A stretch of DNA of 12,614 nt, taken from NCBI GenBank assembly GCA_048885925.1, contig JBHLLG010000080.1, positions 1-12,614 of the forward strand. Direction: 5' to 3'. The position numbers and the translations under genes are program-made. The notes beneath the pieces are model-generated. The model had not been told where the DNA came from. It searched no databases and worked only from the letters and a program-made list of their open reading frames with translations. Of the stretch, positions 1-7,530 are shown one piece after another. The DNA comes from Candidatus Hermodarchaeota archaeon (lineage in GTDB: Archaea > Asgardarchaeota > Lokiarchaeia > Sigyniarchaeales > SOKP01). How positions within the stretch are numbered: the first letter of the stretch is position 1; each line of letters begins with the position of its first letter.

Positions 1-1443
1 GGTGGAGTTATTGGTTGTTGCATAGCTCGTACACTTTCAAAATATGATTTAAAGATCTGTTTATTAGAAAAAGAAGCAGAAATAGCTTCAGGAACTACTA
101 AAGCCAATTCTGGAGTTATTCATGCAGGGTATGCGGCTCCCAGAGAATATATAAAACGACATTTAGGTATTAGAGGAAATAAATTATATACTAAAGCCGC
201 AGAAGAATTGAATTTTCCTTTCAAACGAATTGGTTCTTTTGTAGTAGCCCTAGAAGATAATCAAATTAAACAATTAGAGGAAGAAAGGAAAAAAGGAATT
301 GAGGATGGGGTTCCTGGTTTGGAAGTACTATTAGATAAAAAAATAATAAAACAGATGGAACCAAATTTAACTGATGAAGTTGTTGGTGTTCTACATGCTC
401 CCTCCGCTGGGCTTGCAAGTCCTTATGAATTAACCTTTGCCTTAGCTGAAAATGCTGCTATTAATGGTGTAAAGTTTTTCAGAAGCCATGAAGTTGTAAA
501 AGTTAAACACCAAGATTATATATTTACTGTAAGAACATATCGTGGTGAATTTCAAGGAAAAAATCTTATTAACGCTGCAGGACTTCATGCTGCTAAAATT
601 TCAAAAATGTTAGGATTAGATTATTTTAGTATAATGCCAAGAAAAGGGGAATATATTCTTTTTGATCGAAATGCCTTTCAATTAAATAAAATCTTATTCC
701 CAATTCCCACAAAAGTCTCAAAAGGTATATTAGTTTGTCCAACATTGCATGGTAATACTTTTGTTGGGCCTAATGCTCAAAATATAACAGATTTTGAAGA
801 CACGGCTACTACTACAGCAGGTTTAAAAGAAATATTAGAAGGTGGAATGACATTGGTTCCAAATCTCCCTGCAAGAAGCTCAATTAGAAATTTTGCCGGA
901 TTAAGAGCTGTTCCTGATACATACGATTTTATTATTGATAATACAGATGTTTATGGCTTTATCAATGTTGCGGGAATTTTATCCCCTGGATTGACAGCAA
1001 CCTTTGCAATCGCTGAAAAAATAGTCGAATTTCTTGAATTATTAGGAGTAGAATTAAAAATAAAAGAAGATTATAACCCATTTCGTCCCAAACCTGAAAG
1101 ATTTAAAGATTTCACAAAAAAGGAGCTTGATCAAAAAATTCAAGAAGATCCTGCTTGGGGCAGGATTATTTGTCGATGTGAAACTATTCCCGAGAAAGAA
1201 ATAATTAATGCGATTCATGTACCAGTAGGAGCTAATACAATTGATGGAGTAAAATTTCGATGTAGACCTGGTATGGGTCGATGTCAAGGTGGATTTTGCC
1301 GTCCACGTGTAATTGAAATTTTAGCAAGGGAATTGAATAAATCATTTGAAGAAATCACAAAGAAGGGAGAAGATACAAATATACTAGTTGGAAAGACAAA
1401 AGATTACATTTTAAAAAGTGAAAAAGGAGGTGCTATTGAATGA
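1..1443 (+). CDS. FAD-dependent oxidoreductase, glycerol-3-phosphate dehydrogenase (GlpA/LhgO-like) with C-terminal BFD-like [2Fe-2S] domain; 5'-truncated by the window edge
   Basis: Frame 1 is open from base 1: GGVIGCCIARTLSKYDLKICLLEKEAEIASGTTKANSGVIHAGY (end of the GxGxxG FAD motif plus the T-x-A-N-S-G-x-I-H-A-G motif), so the true start lies before the window, not at 208. Also INAAGL, RKGEY, FAGLRA, SPGLTA and C-terminal ICRCE...RPGMGRCQGGFC. Confidence 0.9.
   Translation, partial: GGVIGCCIARTLSKYDLKICLLEKEAEIASGTTKANSGVIHAGYAAPREYIKRHLGIRGNKLYTKAAEELNFPFKRIGSFVVALEDNQIKQLEEERKKGIEDGVPGLEVLLDKKIIKQMEPNLTDEVVGVLHAPSAGLASPYELTFALAENAAINGVKFFRSHEVVKVKHQDYIFTVRTYRGEFQGKNLINAAGLHAAKISKMLGLDYFSIMPRKGEYILFDRNAFQLNKILFPIPTKVSKGILVCPTLHGNTFVGPNAQNITDFEDTATTTAGLKEILEGGMTLVPNLPARSSIRNFAGLRAVPDTYDFIIDNTDVYGFINVAGILSPGLTATFAIAEKIVEFLELLGVELKIKEDYNPFRPKPERFKDFTKKELDQKIQEDPAWGRIICRCETIPEKEIINAIHVPVGANTIDGVKFRCRPGMGRCQGGFCRPRVIEILARELNKSFEEITKKGEDTNILVGKTKDYILKSEKGGAIE
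1426..1432 (+). promoter_or_regulatory. Shine-Dalgarno site for the 1440 gene
   Basis: GGAGGTG 7 nt upstream of ATG 1440; the ATGA start/stop overlap indicates translational coupling. Confidence 0.8.
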
Positions 1444-2738
1444 AAAAATATGATGTAGATGTTGCTATAATAGGTGGTGGATCTGCTGGTTTAGCTGCTG
1501 CAATTGTTGTTAAAAAAGCTGAATTAGATGTTTTAATATTGGAAAGGGATAGAGAATTAGGAGGAATTACTCTCCAATGTATTCACAATGGATTCGGACT
1601 TCATGAATTTAAAGAGGAATTGACAGGTCCTGAATATGTCCAACGCTTTATTAATCAAGCCGAAGAATTAAAAATTCCCTATAAGTTGGATACGATGGTA
1701 ATTGAATTTAATCCTGACAAAACAATATATGCTGTAAACAAGAATGAAGGATTACTTGAAATCAAAACAAAAGCAATTATTTTAGCAATGGGATGCCGTG
1801 AAAGAACAAGAGGTGCAATTAATATCCCTGGATTTAGACCTTCTGGAATATTTACTGCTGGACAAGCGCAAAGATTTGTAAATATTGAAGGATATTTGCC
1901 TGGTAGAACTTTTGTCATTTTGGGAAGTGGGGATATCGGTATGATTATGGCACGTCGCTTAACCTGGGAAGGATGTGATGTTAAAGCTGTTGTTGAGATT
2001 CAACCTTATGTAAGCGGATTGCTAAGAAATGAAGTGCAATGCTTAGAAGATTACGGGATTCCATTAATAACAAGTTATACAGTTACTAAAATTCATGGAA
2101 AGGATAGAGTCAAAGGTGTAACAATTTCAAAAGTAGATAGAAATTTTGATAGAGTTATAGGATCTGACAAGTTTATTGAATGTGATACTCTTTTATTATC
2201 AGTTGGATTAATACCTGAGAATGAATTGACGAGGGAAGCGGGAGCAGAAATATCGCTAATGGGGGGTCCTGTTGTTGATAATAATTTAGAAACCACTATT
2301 GATGGTATATTTGCTTGTGGCAATGTTTTACAAGTTCATGATTTAGTTGATTTAGTTTCAGCAGAAGCAAAACGTGCTGGATTAAATGCTGTTGAATATA
2401 TTAGGGAAAGATATGGTAAAAAAACTGATAAAAGAGAACAAATCAAATGTTATGCTGGAGAAAATGTTAATTATATAAAGCCTGATTTAATAAATAAATC
2501 TGATTTAGCCAAGGGTATTATATTTACTTTTCGAGTAAAGCGACCAGAGAGAAGGATTTTAATTCAATTTAAGGATGATAAAAATAAAGTTATTTTTAAA
2601 AGAAAAAGAAGATACGTTATTCCAAGCGAAATGGTAGAATTAAAATTAAATTTAAGTGAACAACAAATTGATCTTGAAACTAAAGCCTTAGAAATAGAAG
2701 TAATCCCACGACCAGAGGTTTTAATAGAAGATGATTAA
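1440..2738 (+). CDS. NAD(P)/FAD-dependent oxidoreductase (pyridine nucleotide-disulfide family), partner subunit of the GlpA-like enzyme
   Basis: IIGGGSAGLAAA Rossmann motif, LGGITLQCIHNGFG, ELTGPEY, LAMGCRER, ILGSGDIGMIMARR, IFACGNVLQVHDLVD; overlaps the upstream gene by ATGA. Confidence 0.9.
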   Translation: MKKYDVDVAIIGGGSAGLAAAIVVKKAELDVLILERDRELGGITLQCIHNGFGLHEFKEELTGPEYVQRFINQAEELKIPYKLDTMVIEFNPDKTIYAVNKNEGLLEIKTKAIILAMGCRERTRGAINIPGFRPSGIFTAGQAQRFVNIEGYLPGRTFVILGSGDIGMIMARRLTWEGCDVKAVVEIQPYVSGLLRNEVQCLEDYGIPLITSYTVTKIHGKDRVKGVTISKVDRNFDRVIGSDKFIECDTLLLSVGLIPENELTREAGAEISLMGGPVVDNNLETTIDGIFACGNVLQVHDLVDLVSAEAKRAGLNAVEYIRERYGKKTDKREQIKCYAGENVNYIKPDLINKSDLAKGIIFTFRVKRPERRILIQFKDDKNKVIFKRKRRYVIPSEMVELKLNLSEQQIDLETKALEIEVIPRPEVLIEDD

Positions 2739-2747
2739 ATATATCAA

Positions 2748-2755
2748 GAGGTGAT
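2748..2755 (+). promoter_or_regulatory. Shine-Dalgarno site for the 2761 gene
   Basis: GAGGTGAT 5 nt upstream of ATG 2761. Confidence 0.75.
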
Positions 2756-2760
2756 AAAAA

Positions 2761-3159
2761 ATGCCAACAGAATCTAATGAAGAAGAGCTTCCTAAAGGAT
2801 TCAAAGATATAAGATGCATTGTCTGTCCCACAGGTTGTTTAGTACATGTTGAAAATATCAATGGAGAGTTAATTATAGAGGGACATTCATGCAAAAGAGG
2901 AGAAGAATATGCAAAAGAGGAATTTATTGCTCCAAAAAGAATACTTACAACAACACTGCAAGTAGAAAATGGTCTTTTGCCACTAGTACCTGTAAGATCA
3001 GATGAGCCAATTCTAAAAGATCGATTACAAGAAGCTCTTAAAGTAATTGCAAAAGCAAAAGCTAAAGCACCTATAAGAATGGGCGATATTCTTATAGAAA
3101 AAGTTTTAGGCCTTAATATTAATATAATTGCAAGCAGAAATTTAATACAAAAAGATTAA
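2761..3159 (+). CDS. DUF1667 family small Cys-rich (Fe-S/metal-binding) protein, third member of the G3PDH-type cluster
   Basis: CIVCPTGC...GHSCKRGEEYA...PKRILTTT...PIRMGD pattern and position after the two oxidoreductases. Confidence 0.85.
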   Translation: MPTESNEEELPKGFKDIRCIVCPTGCLVHVENINGELIIEGHSCKRGEEYAKEEFIAPKRILTTTLQVENGLLPLVPVRSDEPILKDRLQEALKVIAKAKAKAPIRMGDILIEKVLGLNINIIASRNLIQKD

Positions 3160-3264
3160 ATTTATCAACATTTTAATCTTCCTTGTTGCTCTTATTATTT
3201 GATGCTTATATTGTTATATATAGATGGATCTTTCCTTTATGTTTCACTTTACTAAAATATATAA

Positions 3265-3279
3265 AATCTAACTTAGATT
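3265..3279. promoter_or_regulatory. Palindrome AATCTAA-C-TTAGATT, possible transcription-factor site
   Basis: Perfect 7-1-7 inverted repeat next to TATATAAA, about 60 nt upstream of TTG 3337. Confidence 0.3.
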
Positions 3280-3336
3280 AAATTGTTAAAGAAATGTATT
3301 AAAATTTTAAAAAAAATATTTTAGAGGAAACTCATT

Positions 3337-3711
3337 TTGTCAGAATTCGAACAAAAAGTCTTGAAATTACTAGAGGAAATTAATAATAAACTAGATAAAG
3401 TCCTGAAAACTGGACCTACATCTGTAAGTTCAGCTTCAGTGGTATCTGTTTCATCTACTCCTACTGCCACAACAGTTAAACCTTCTGCTATAGTTGATAA
3501 ACAAGCGCAAGAAGCTCGATTAGAAGAGAAACCTGTTTTAGATGGTCGAAGAGTTTGTCCAGAATGCGGTGGTACAGCATTTACCACACATGAAGATAAA
3601 ACCCAAGTTTTACATCAGATGGGCGGTGTTAAAATATACGCAAAAAAATATGTTTGTAATTAATATTAGAATTCCTAATAATAGCAAAAACAGTGTGGCT
3701 ACGAGTATTAA
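3337..3711 (+). CDS. Small Zn-ribbon protein (N-terminal amphipathic helix, Ser/Thr/Pro linker, C-terminal CxxC...CxxC); interrupted gene, predicted join(3337..3659,3690..3711), 114 aa
   Basis: TTG start after GAGG. The unspliced ORF ends at 3663 as ...RRVCPECG...KIYAKKYVCN*, but the same frame resumes after the insert as KQCGYEY* (3688-3711). The joined domain aligns with the intact C-terminal domain of the gelsolin in this window (GRRKCPECG...DK...MYGRKYLCGQCGCQW). Confidence 0.8.
3660..3689 (+). other. Candidate 30-nt bulge-helix-bulge(-like) intron in a protein-coding gene
   Basis: Sequence TTAATATTAGAATTCCTAATAATAGCAAAA with five in-frame stops. Central 4-bp helix UUGU(3654-57)/GCAA(3684-87), 3-nt bulge AAU(3658-60), inner stem UA-a-UAUUAG/CUAAUA-a-UA with an AAUUC loop, AAA(3688-90) on the other strand, weak outer helix. 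Cuts after 3659 and 3689 give TGT AA|A CAG TGT = CKQC. Confidence 0.7.
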
Positions 3712-3727
3712 AATCTAGTATAAATAA

Positions 3728-3745
3728 TTCTTTTTTTTTCTTTTT
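3728..3745 (+). terminator. Oligo-T archaeal-type terminator for the Zn-ribbon gene
   Basis: TTC-T9-C-T5 beginning about 16 nt after the spliced stop at 3711, between convergent genes. Confidence 0.55.
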
Positions 3746-4757
3746 ATAAATTTTTCAATCTCGGATCTAACGCATCCCTTAATCCATCACCAACTAACAT
3801 GAAACCAAGTACAGCAATTAGGATCATAAAACCAGGCCAGAGCGCTGCCCAGGGAGCATCATATAAATGGAGCCGTGCATCATTTATATCATTTCCCCAT
3901 TCAATTAATCTGATATCACTATAACCCAAGAAGGCAAGACCCGCTAAACTCAAAATGATCCCACCAATATTAAATGTAAGAGAAATAATAATAGGTTGTA
4001 TAGTATTTGGAAGGATATGTCTAAACATTATTCTCCAATTTCCTGATCCCGATGTTCTTGCGGCTTCAATATAAGGTAATTCTCGCGCTTGCAATACAAC
4101 TCCTCGAATTAATCGTGAATAATAGGGCACACCAAGAATTCCAAAAGCTAGCATTATATATTCCATCCTTGGGCCCCAAATTGCGACAAATACAAGAGCA
4201 AGGATCAAACCCGGAAACGCAAGGAAGATATCCATAATTCTCATTATTAATGAATCGACCCATCCTCCGTAATATCCGGAAATAACTCCAAAGATAACAC
4301 CAATAACCACACTAAAAGCAATAGACGGTAAAGCAATTGTCAAAGAAGCTCTTGCCCCATAAATGAGCCGTGCTAAAATGTCGCGTCCAAAATCCGTGGT
4401 ACCGAGGGGGTGTCCTGAGGAGGCAGGCTGCCATGCACCATAAAATACACCATTAGCTTGTTCAAATGTATATTGAGAAAGCCATTCCGGGAACACGGCA
4501 AAAGTTGAGATCGTAAAAACAATTAAAATTCCTAATATGGTTAATGGAGATTTTAATCGTCGTATAAACTTTCTTTTACTTATCGTTTTTTCATATTCAA
4601 ATTCCCGAATAGATAATTCTTCTAGCCTATAACCCGGTATAAAAAGAAATTTCAGATTATGGATAATCCATGAGAAAGTACTAATTATAATACCTTTTTC
4701 TTTTCTTTCTTCTAGTTCTAATTCTATTTTATATTCTTGTTCTTTTGTTTGTTTCAT
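3744..4757 (-). CDS. dppC: Peptide/nickel ABC transporter permease, DppC/OppC family
   Basis: HPLGTTDFGRDILARLIYGARASL, GYYGGWVDSLIMRIMDIFLAFP, EAA loop YIEAARTSGSGNWRIMFRHILPN, C-terminal GDGLRDALDPR. Confidence 0.93.
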   Translation of the reverse strand: MKQTKEQEYKIELELEERKEKGIIISTFSWIIHNLKFLFIPGYRLEELSIREFEYEKTISKRKFIRRLKSPLTILGILIVFTISTFAVFPEWLSQYTFEQANGVFYGAWQPASSGHPLGTTDFGRDILARLIYGARASLTIALPSIAFSVVIGVIFGVISGYYGGWVDSLIMRIMDIFLAFPGLILALVFVAIWGPRMEYIMLAFGILGVPYYSRLIRGVVLQARELPYIEAARTSGSGNWRIMFRHILPNTIQPIIISLTFNIGGIILSLAGLAFLGYSDIRLIEWGNDINDARLHLYDAPWAALWPGFMILIAVLGFMLVGDGLRDALDPRLKNL

Positions 4758-4798
4758 AATTTTTTCACATCTACTATTCTAAATATTTTTATTATCAA

Positions 4799-5812
4799 TT
4801 AATACCTTATTCGGGGATCAATAACTCCATACAGGACATCAATCCCTAAATTTATAATGATAAAAACAAGTGTTGTTATAAATACAATTCCGTTTAATAT
4901 CCAATAATCAACATTTGTAATAGCAATGATTAATAACTCCCCCATTCCATGCAAATTAAAAGTAGATTCCGTAAGAACAGCACCCCCTAATAATCCTCCA
5001 AAGTTTAATCCTATAATCGTCATTGTTGGTATGAGCGCATTTTTTCGCGCATGTGTATTGATTACATCCTTTTCCTTACATCCTTTTGCCCTAGCAGTTC
5101 TTACATAATCCTGTTCCAAGACTTCGAGCATACTCGACCGGGTTTGTCTCGTGATAGATGCCAGTGTTATAATTGTTAAACATAATACTGGTAAAATTAA
5201 ATGCTCGATATAATCTATAAGCATATGGATATTTCCTGATAAGAGACAATCAATTATTCTGAAATTAGTAATACTGGGAGGATCTCCTATACCTGAAGTC
5301 TTGTAGCCAATTGCTGGAAACAGCTTGATTTGCCAAGTGAGAAGGTATTGAAACAACATTCCCATCCAAAATACGGGAATAGAAACTCCAACCAGAGCAA
5401 ATCCCCGTAAGAAGGTATCTTTAGCCTTATTTCGGTGGGTTGCTGAAATTACACCCGTCTTAATCCCTAAGATAGATGCGATGATAACTGAGAATAACGC
5501 GATATCAAAAGTTCTAAAAAACCGTTCTGTAACAATATCCCATACTGGGATACCTCTATATTGACTGGATAGTCCCCAATCACCAGTAAATAACCTCCCT
5601 AAGTAAAGAAAATATTGCTCCACAATTGGTCTATCAAGACCCAATAATCTCAATTGTGCATCATACTGTTCTTGTGTAAAAACCCTACCAAGATGAGCTA
5701 AAACGGGATCTCCTGGCAATAATCTTGAAAGAATAAAGGTTAATGTAATTGCACCAAACAATACAGGTAATAATTGTAGCGTCCTTCTTATGATGTATTT
5801 AATCATACTCAT
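4799..5812 (-). CDS. dppB: Peptide/nickel ABC transporter permease, DppB/OppB family
   Basis: YIIRR, LPGDP, GLDRPIVEQY, GDWGLS, SIPVFW, RSSMLEVLEQDYVRTARAKG, HARKNALIP, C-terminal DPRIRY. Confidence 0.94.
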   Translation of the reverse strand: MSMIKYIIRRTLQLLPVLFGAITLTFILSRLLPGDPVLAHLGRVFTQEQYDAQLRLLGLDRPIVEQYFLYLGRLFTGDWGLSSQYRGIPVWDIVTERFFRTFDIALFSVIIASILGIKTGVISATHRNKAKDTFLRGFALVGVSIPVFWMGMLFQYLLTWQIKLFPAIGYKTSGIGDPPSITNFRIIDCLLSGNIHMLIDYIEHLILPVLCLTIITLASITRQTRSSMLEVLEQDYVRTARAKGCKEKDVINTHARKNALIPTMTIIGLNFGGLLGGAVLTESTFNLHGMGELLIIAITNVDYWILNGIVFITTLVFIIINLGIDVLYGVIDPRIRY

Positions 5813-5837
5813 AATTTATCTTCTCTCTAATATAATT

Positions 5838-5945
5838 TTAGATTTTTTTAATCTCTTGAAGGTAATTTTTGTATTTTCGTTTAGTTATTGCACTCAAAAT
5901 GATAAGAACTCTTAATTTTCTATTTAAATTCACTTTTATATACAT
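5838..5945 (-). other. Short ORF (35 aa) with a strong SD upstream of dppB; possible small protein or gene remnant
   Basis: Minus strand reads GGAGGT then MYIKVNLNRKLRVLIILSAITKRKYKNYLQEIKKI*; the in-frame GTG at 5933 is 12 nt from the SD; the ORF ends 25 nt before the dppB start. Confidence 0.25.
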
Positions 5946-6053
5946 ACCTCCAAGATTTTAGTATTAAGATTATGTTTTTTTGGTTTAGAAAATTTTTTAG
6001 ATTCATTAATCTTCAAAAAAAATTATTATTTTCTTGTTTAAAAACATTAGGAC

Positions 6054-6069
6054 GTTCGAATTTTCGAAC
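6054..6069. promoter_or_regulatory. Palindrome GTTCGAA-TT-TTCGAAC in the divergent intergenic region, possible operator
   Basis: Perfect 7-2-7 inverted repeat, relatively GC-containing in an AT-rich spacer between divergent dppB and radical SAM genes. Confidence 0.35.
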
Positions 6070-6324
6070 AGCTTTAAAATTTTAAAATTTATAACCCTAG
6101 GATTACATTCTTTTGGTATAAATCCTATTAATGAGCTAAAATTAAAGAAAATGAAACCTTTAACAAATACTATAGAAGAATAGACCATTTTTTATTTCCT
6201 TTATAAAGCACGAGATTTAAAAAAAAATCTATTATTTATTAAATCGTTAAGTTAGATTTTTAATTTCTATATACTTTAAATTCTTAATTAGAGATTTAAT
6301 AGAGCAATTGTGGAGTAGATTTAG

Positions 6325-7410
6325 ATTCCTAAAAAGCGAGTAAGTACATGGATTCAATACATTAAAAATTTCATTTTAAGCAATTTTACCAATCGAAAGA
6401 TCCCTTATTCTGCTCAAATAGAGCTGACTCTACGTTGTAATGGGTTATGCCCATTCTGTTCAATTCATTCTTTACCCAAATCCATTATAGGCACCGATAT
6501 GAGTACAGAGCAAATAAAATTACTAATTGATCAAATCGCTGATTTAGGAGTGTTAGCTCTCTCATTTACTGGGGGTGAACCAACATTAAGAAAGGACCTT
6601 CCAGAGCTTATTTATCATACCGGAATTACACATAATTTTATGAATGGAATAGCCACTAATGGATATTTATTACCTAAATTATTCAAAGAAAATAAAGTTG
6701 AAGGTTTAGATTATATCTTAATTTCACTTGACTATCCTACAGCAGAACTACATGATAAGATACGAGGAATTAAAGTATTTGATAGAATAATCGAATCCAT
6801 TGACTTAGCTAATAAAAAAGATATTAAAGTTATAATCAGTACAGTAGTTATGAAAGATAATATACACCTTTTAGATGATATTTGCGATTTAGCTGACAGA
6901 TTAGGTTGTTCGATTGAATTATATCCATGTGAAGATATAATAAGAGATTTTCCAAATCAAAGTTACCAAATTCAATATATTCAAAAAATGATACCAGATA
7001 TTTCTGTTTGGGCGAATCTTATTCGCTCACTAAGAAAAAAATACCATAATATTTTAACAGATCCTTGCAGTGTAGAAATTGTTGAGAAAGGTGGCTTTGG
7101 AGGTTTTCCAGATTACAATCAAAATGTTTTACGTTGCCATGTTGCCGAAGCCTATATATTTATTAGTCACGATGGATTTATTCATTATCCTTGTAAAATT
7201 CACCCTATAGTAAGTTTTAATGCATTAAAATATCCAATCTCCAACATATATTACTCTAAAGAAGTTAAAGAGATCATGAAGAAACATGATGGATATAGCT
7301 TTTGTAATGGTTGTAGAATAGGTTGTGCAATAGCCTCTTCAATTCCAACTCGCTGGAAAACAGTTTATGCTAAATACATTAAAGGGTTTATAGATGGTGG
7401 GTTGAGGTAA
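6325..7410 (+). CDS. Radical SAM protein with C-terminal SPASM/twitch-like Cys cluster (PqqE/NirJ-like superfamily); probable ATT start
   Basis: The frame is open from 6325 (after TAG 6322-24): (M)PKKRVSTWIQYIKNF...ELTLRCNGLCPFCS, so the CxxxCxxC lies upstream of the listed ATG 6499. Also SFTGGEPTLRKDL, IATNG, ISLD, HDKIRG, and C-terminal CHVA...DG...PC...CNGCRIGC. Product is confident, exact start is less so. Confidence 0.85.
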   Translation: MPKKRVSTWIQYIKNFILSNFTNRKIPYSAQIELTLRCNGLCPFCSIHSLPKSIIGTDMSTEQIKLLIDQIADLGVLALSFTGGEPTLRKDLPELIYHTGITHNFMNGIATNGYLLPKLFKENKVEGLDYILISLDYPTAELHDKIRGIKVFDRIIESIDLANKKDIKVIISTVVMKDNIHLLDDICDLADRLGCSIELYPCEDIIRDFPNQSYQIQYIQKMIPDISVWANLIRSLRKKYHNILTDPCSVEIVEKGGFGGFPDYNQNVLRCHVAEAYIFISHDGFIHYPCKIHPIVSFNALKYPISNIYYSKEVKEIMKKHDGYSFCNGCRIGCAIASSIPTRWKTVYAKYIKGFIDGGLR

Positions 7411-7530
7411 TAAATAAAATGATCTAAACTTTATTCAATTTTAACAAGTATTAAGTCTTTGAATAAAGGAAAAAAAAGAATTCAAAAAATTTAACTTTAA
7501 ATAAATTTTTCCTAATATAGAGATGATATT

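Noticed and set aside
3656-3684. Spliceosomal-looking intron GTAATT...CTAAT...TAG overlapping the insert
   Set aside because: It is 29 nt; removal shifts the frame and destroys the CxxC (VSKTVW...). The 33-nt alternative 3652-3684 loses the first Cys. Only a 30-nt removal restores the motif, and the gene content is prokaryotic.
3661-3684. Stop-codon readthrough or recoding (Sec/Pyl) as the explanation
   Set aside because: Five TAA/TAG stops and no TGA; readthrough would also put ten extra residues inside the CxxC.
6054-6062. GTTCGAAT resembling a tRNA T-loop
   Set aside because: No T-stem, acceptor stem or GC-rich cloverleaf around it.
6006-6188. 60-aa minus-strand ORF in the intergenic region
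   Set aside because: F/I/K/N-rich composition typical of AT-rich noncoding DNA, with no motif or clear SD.
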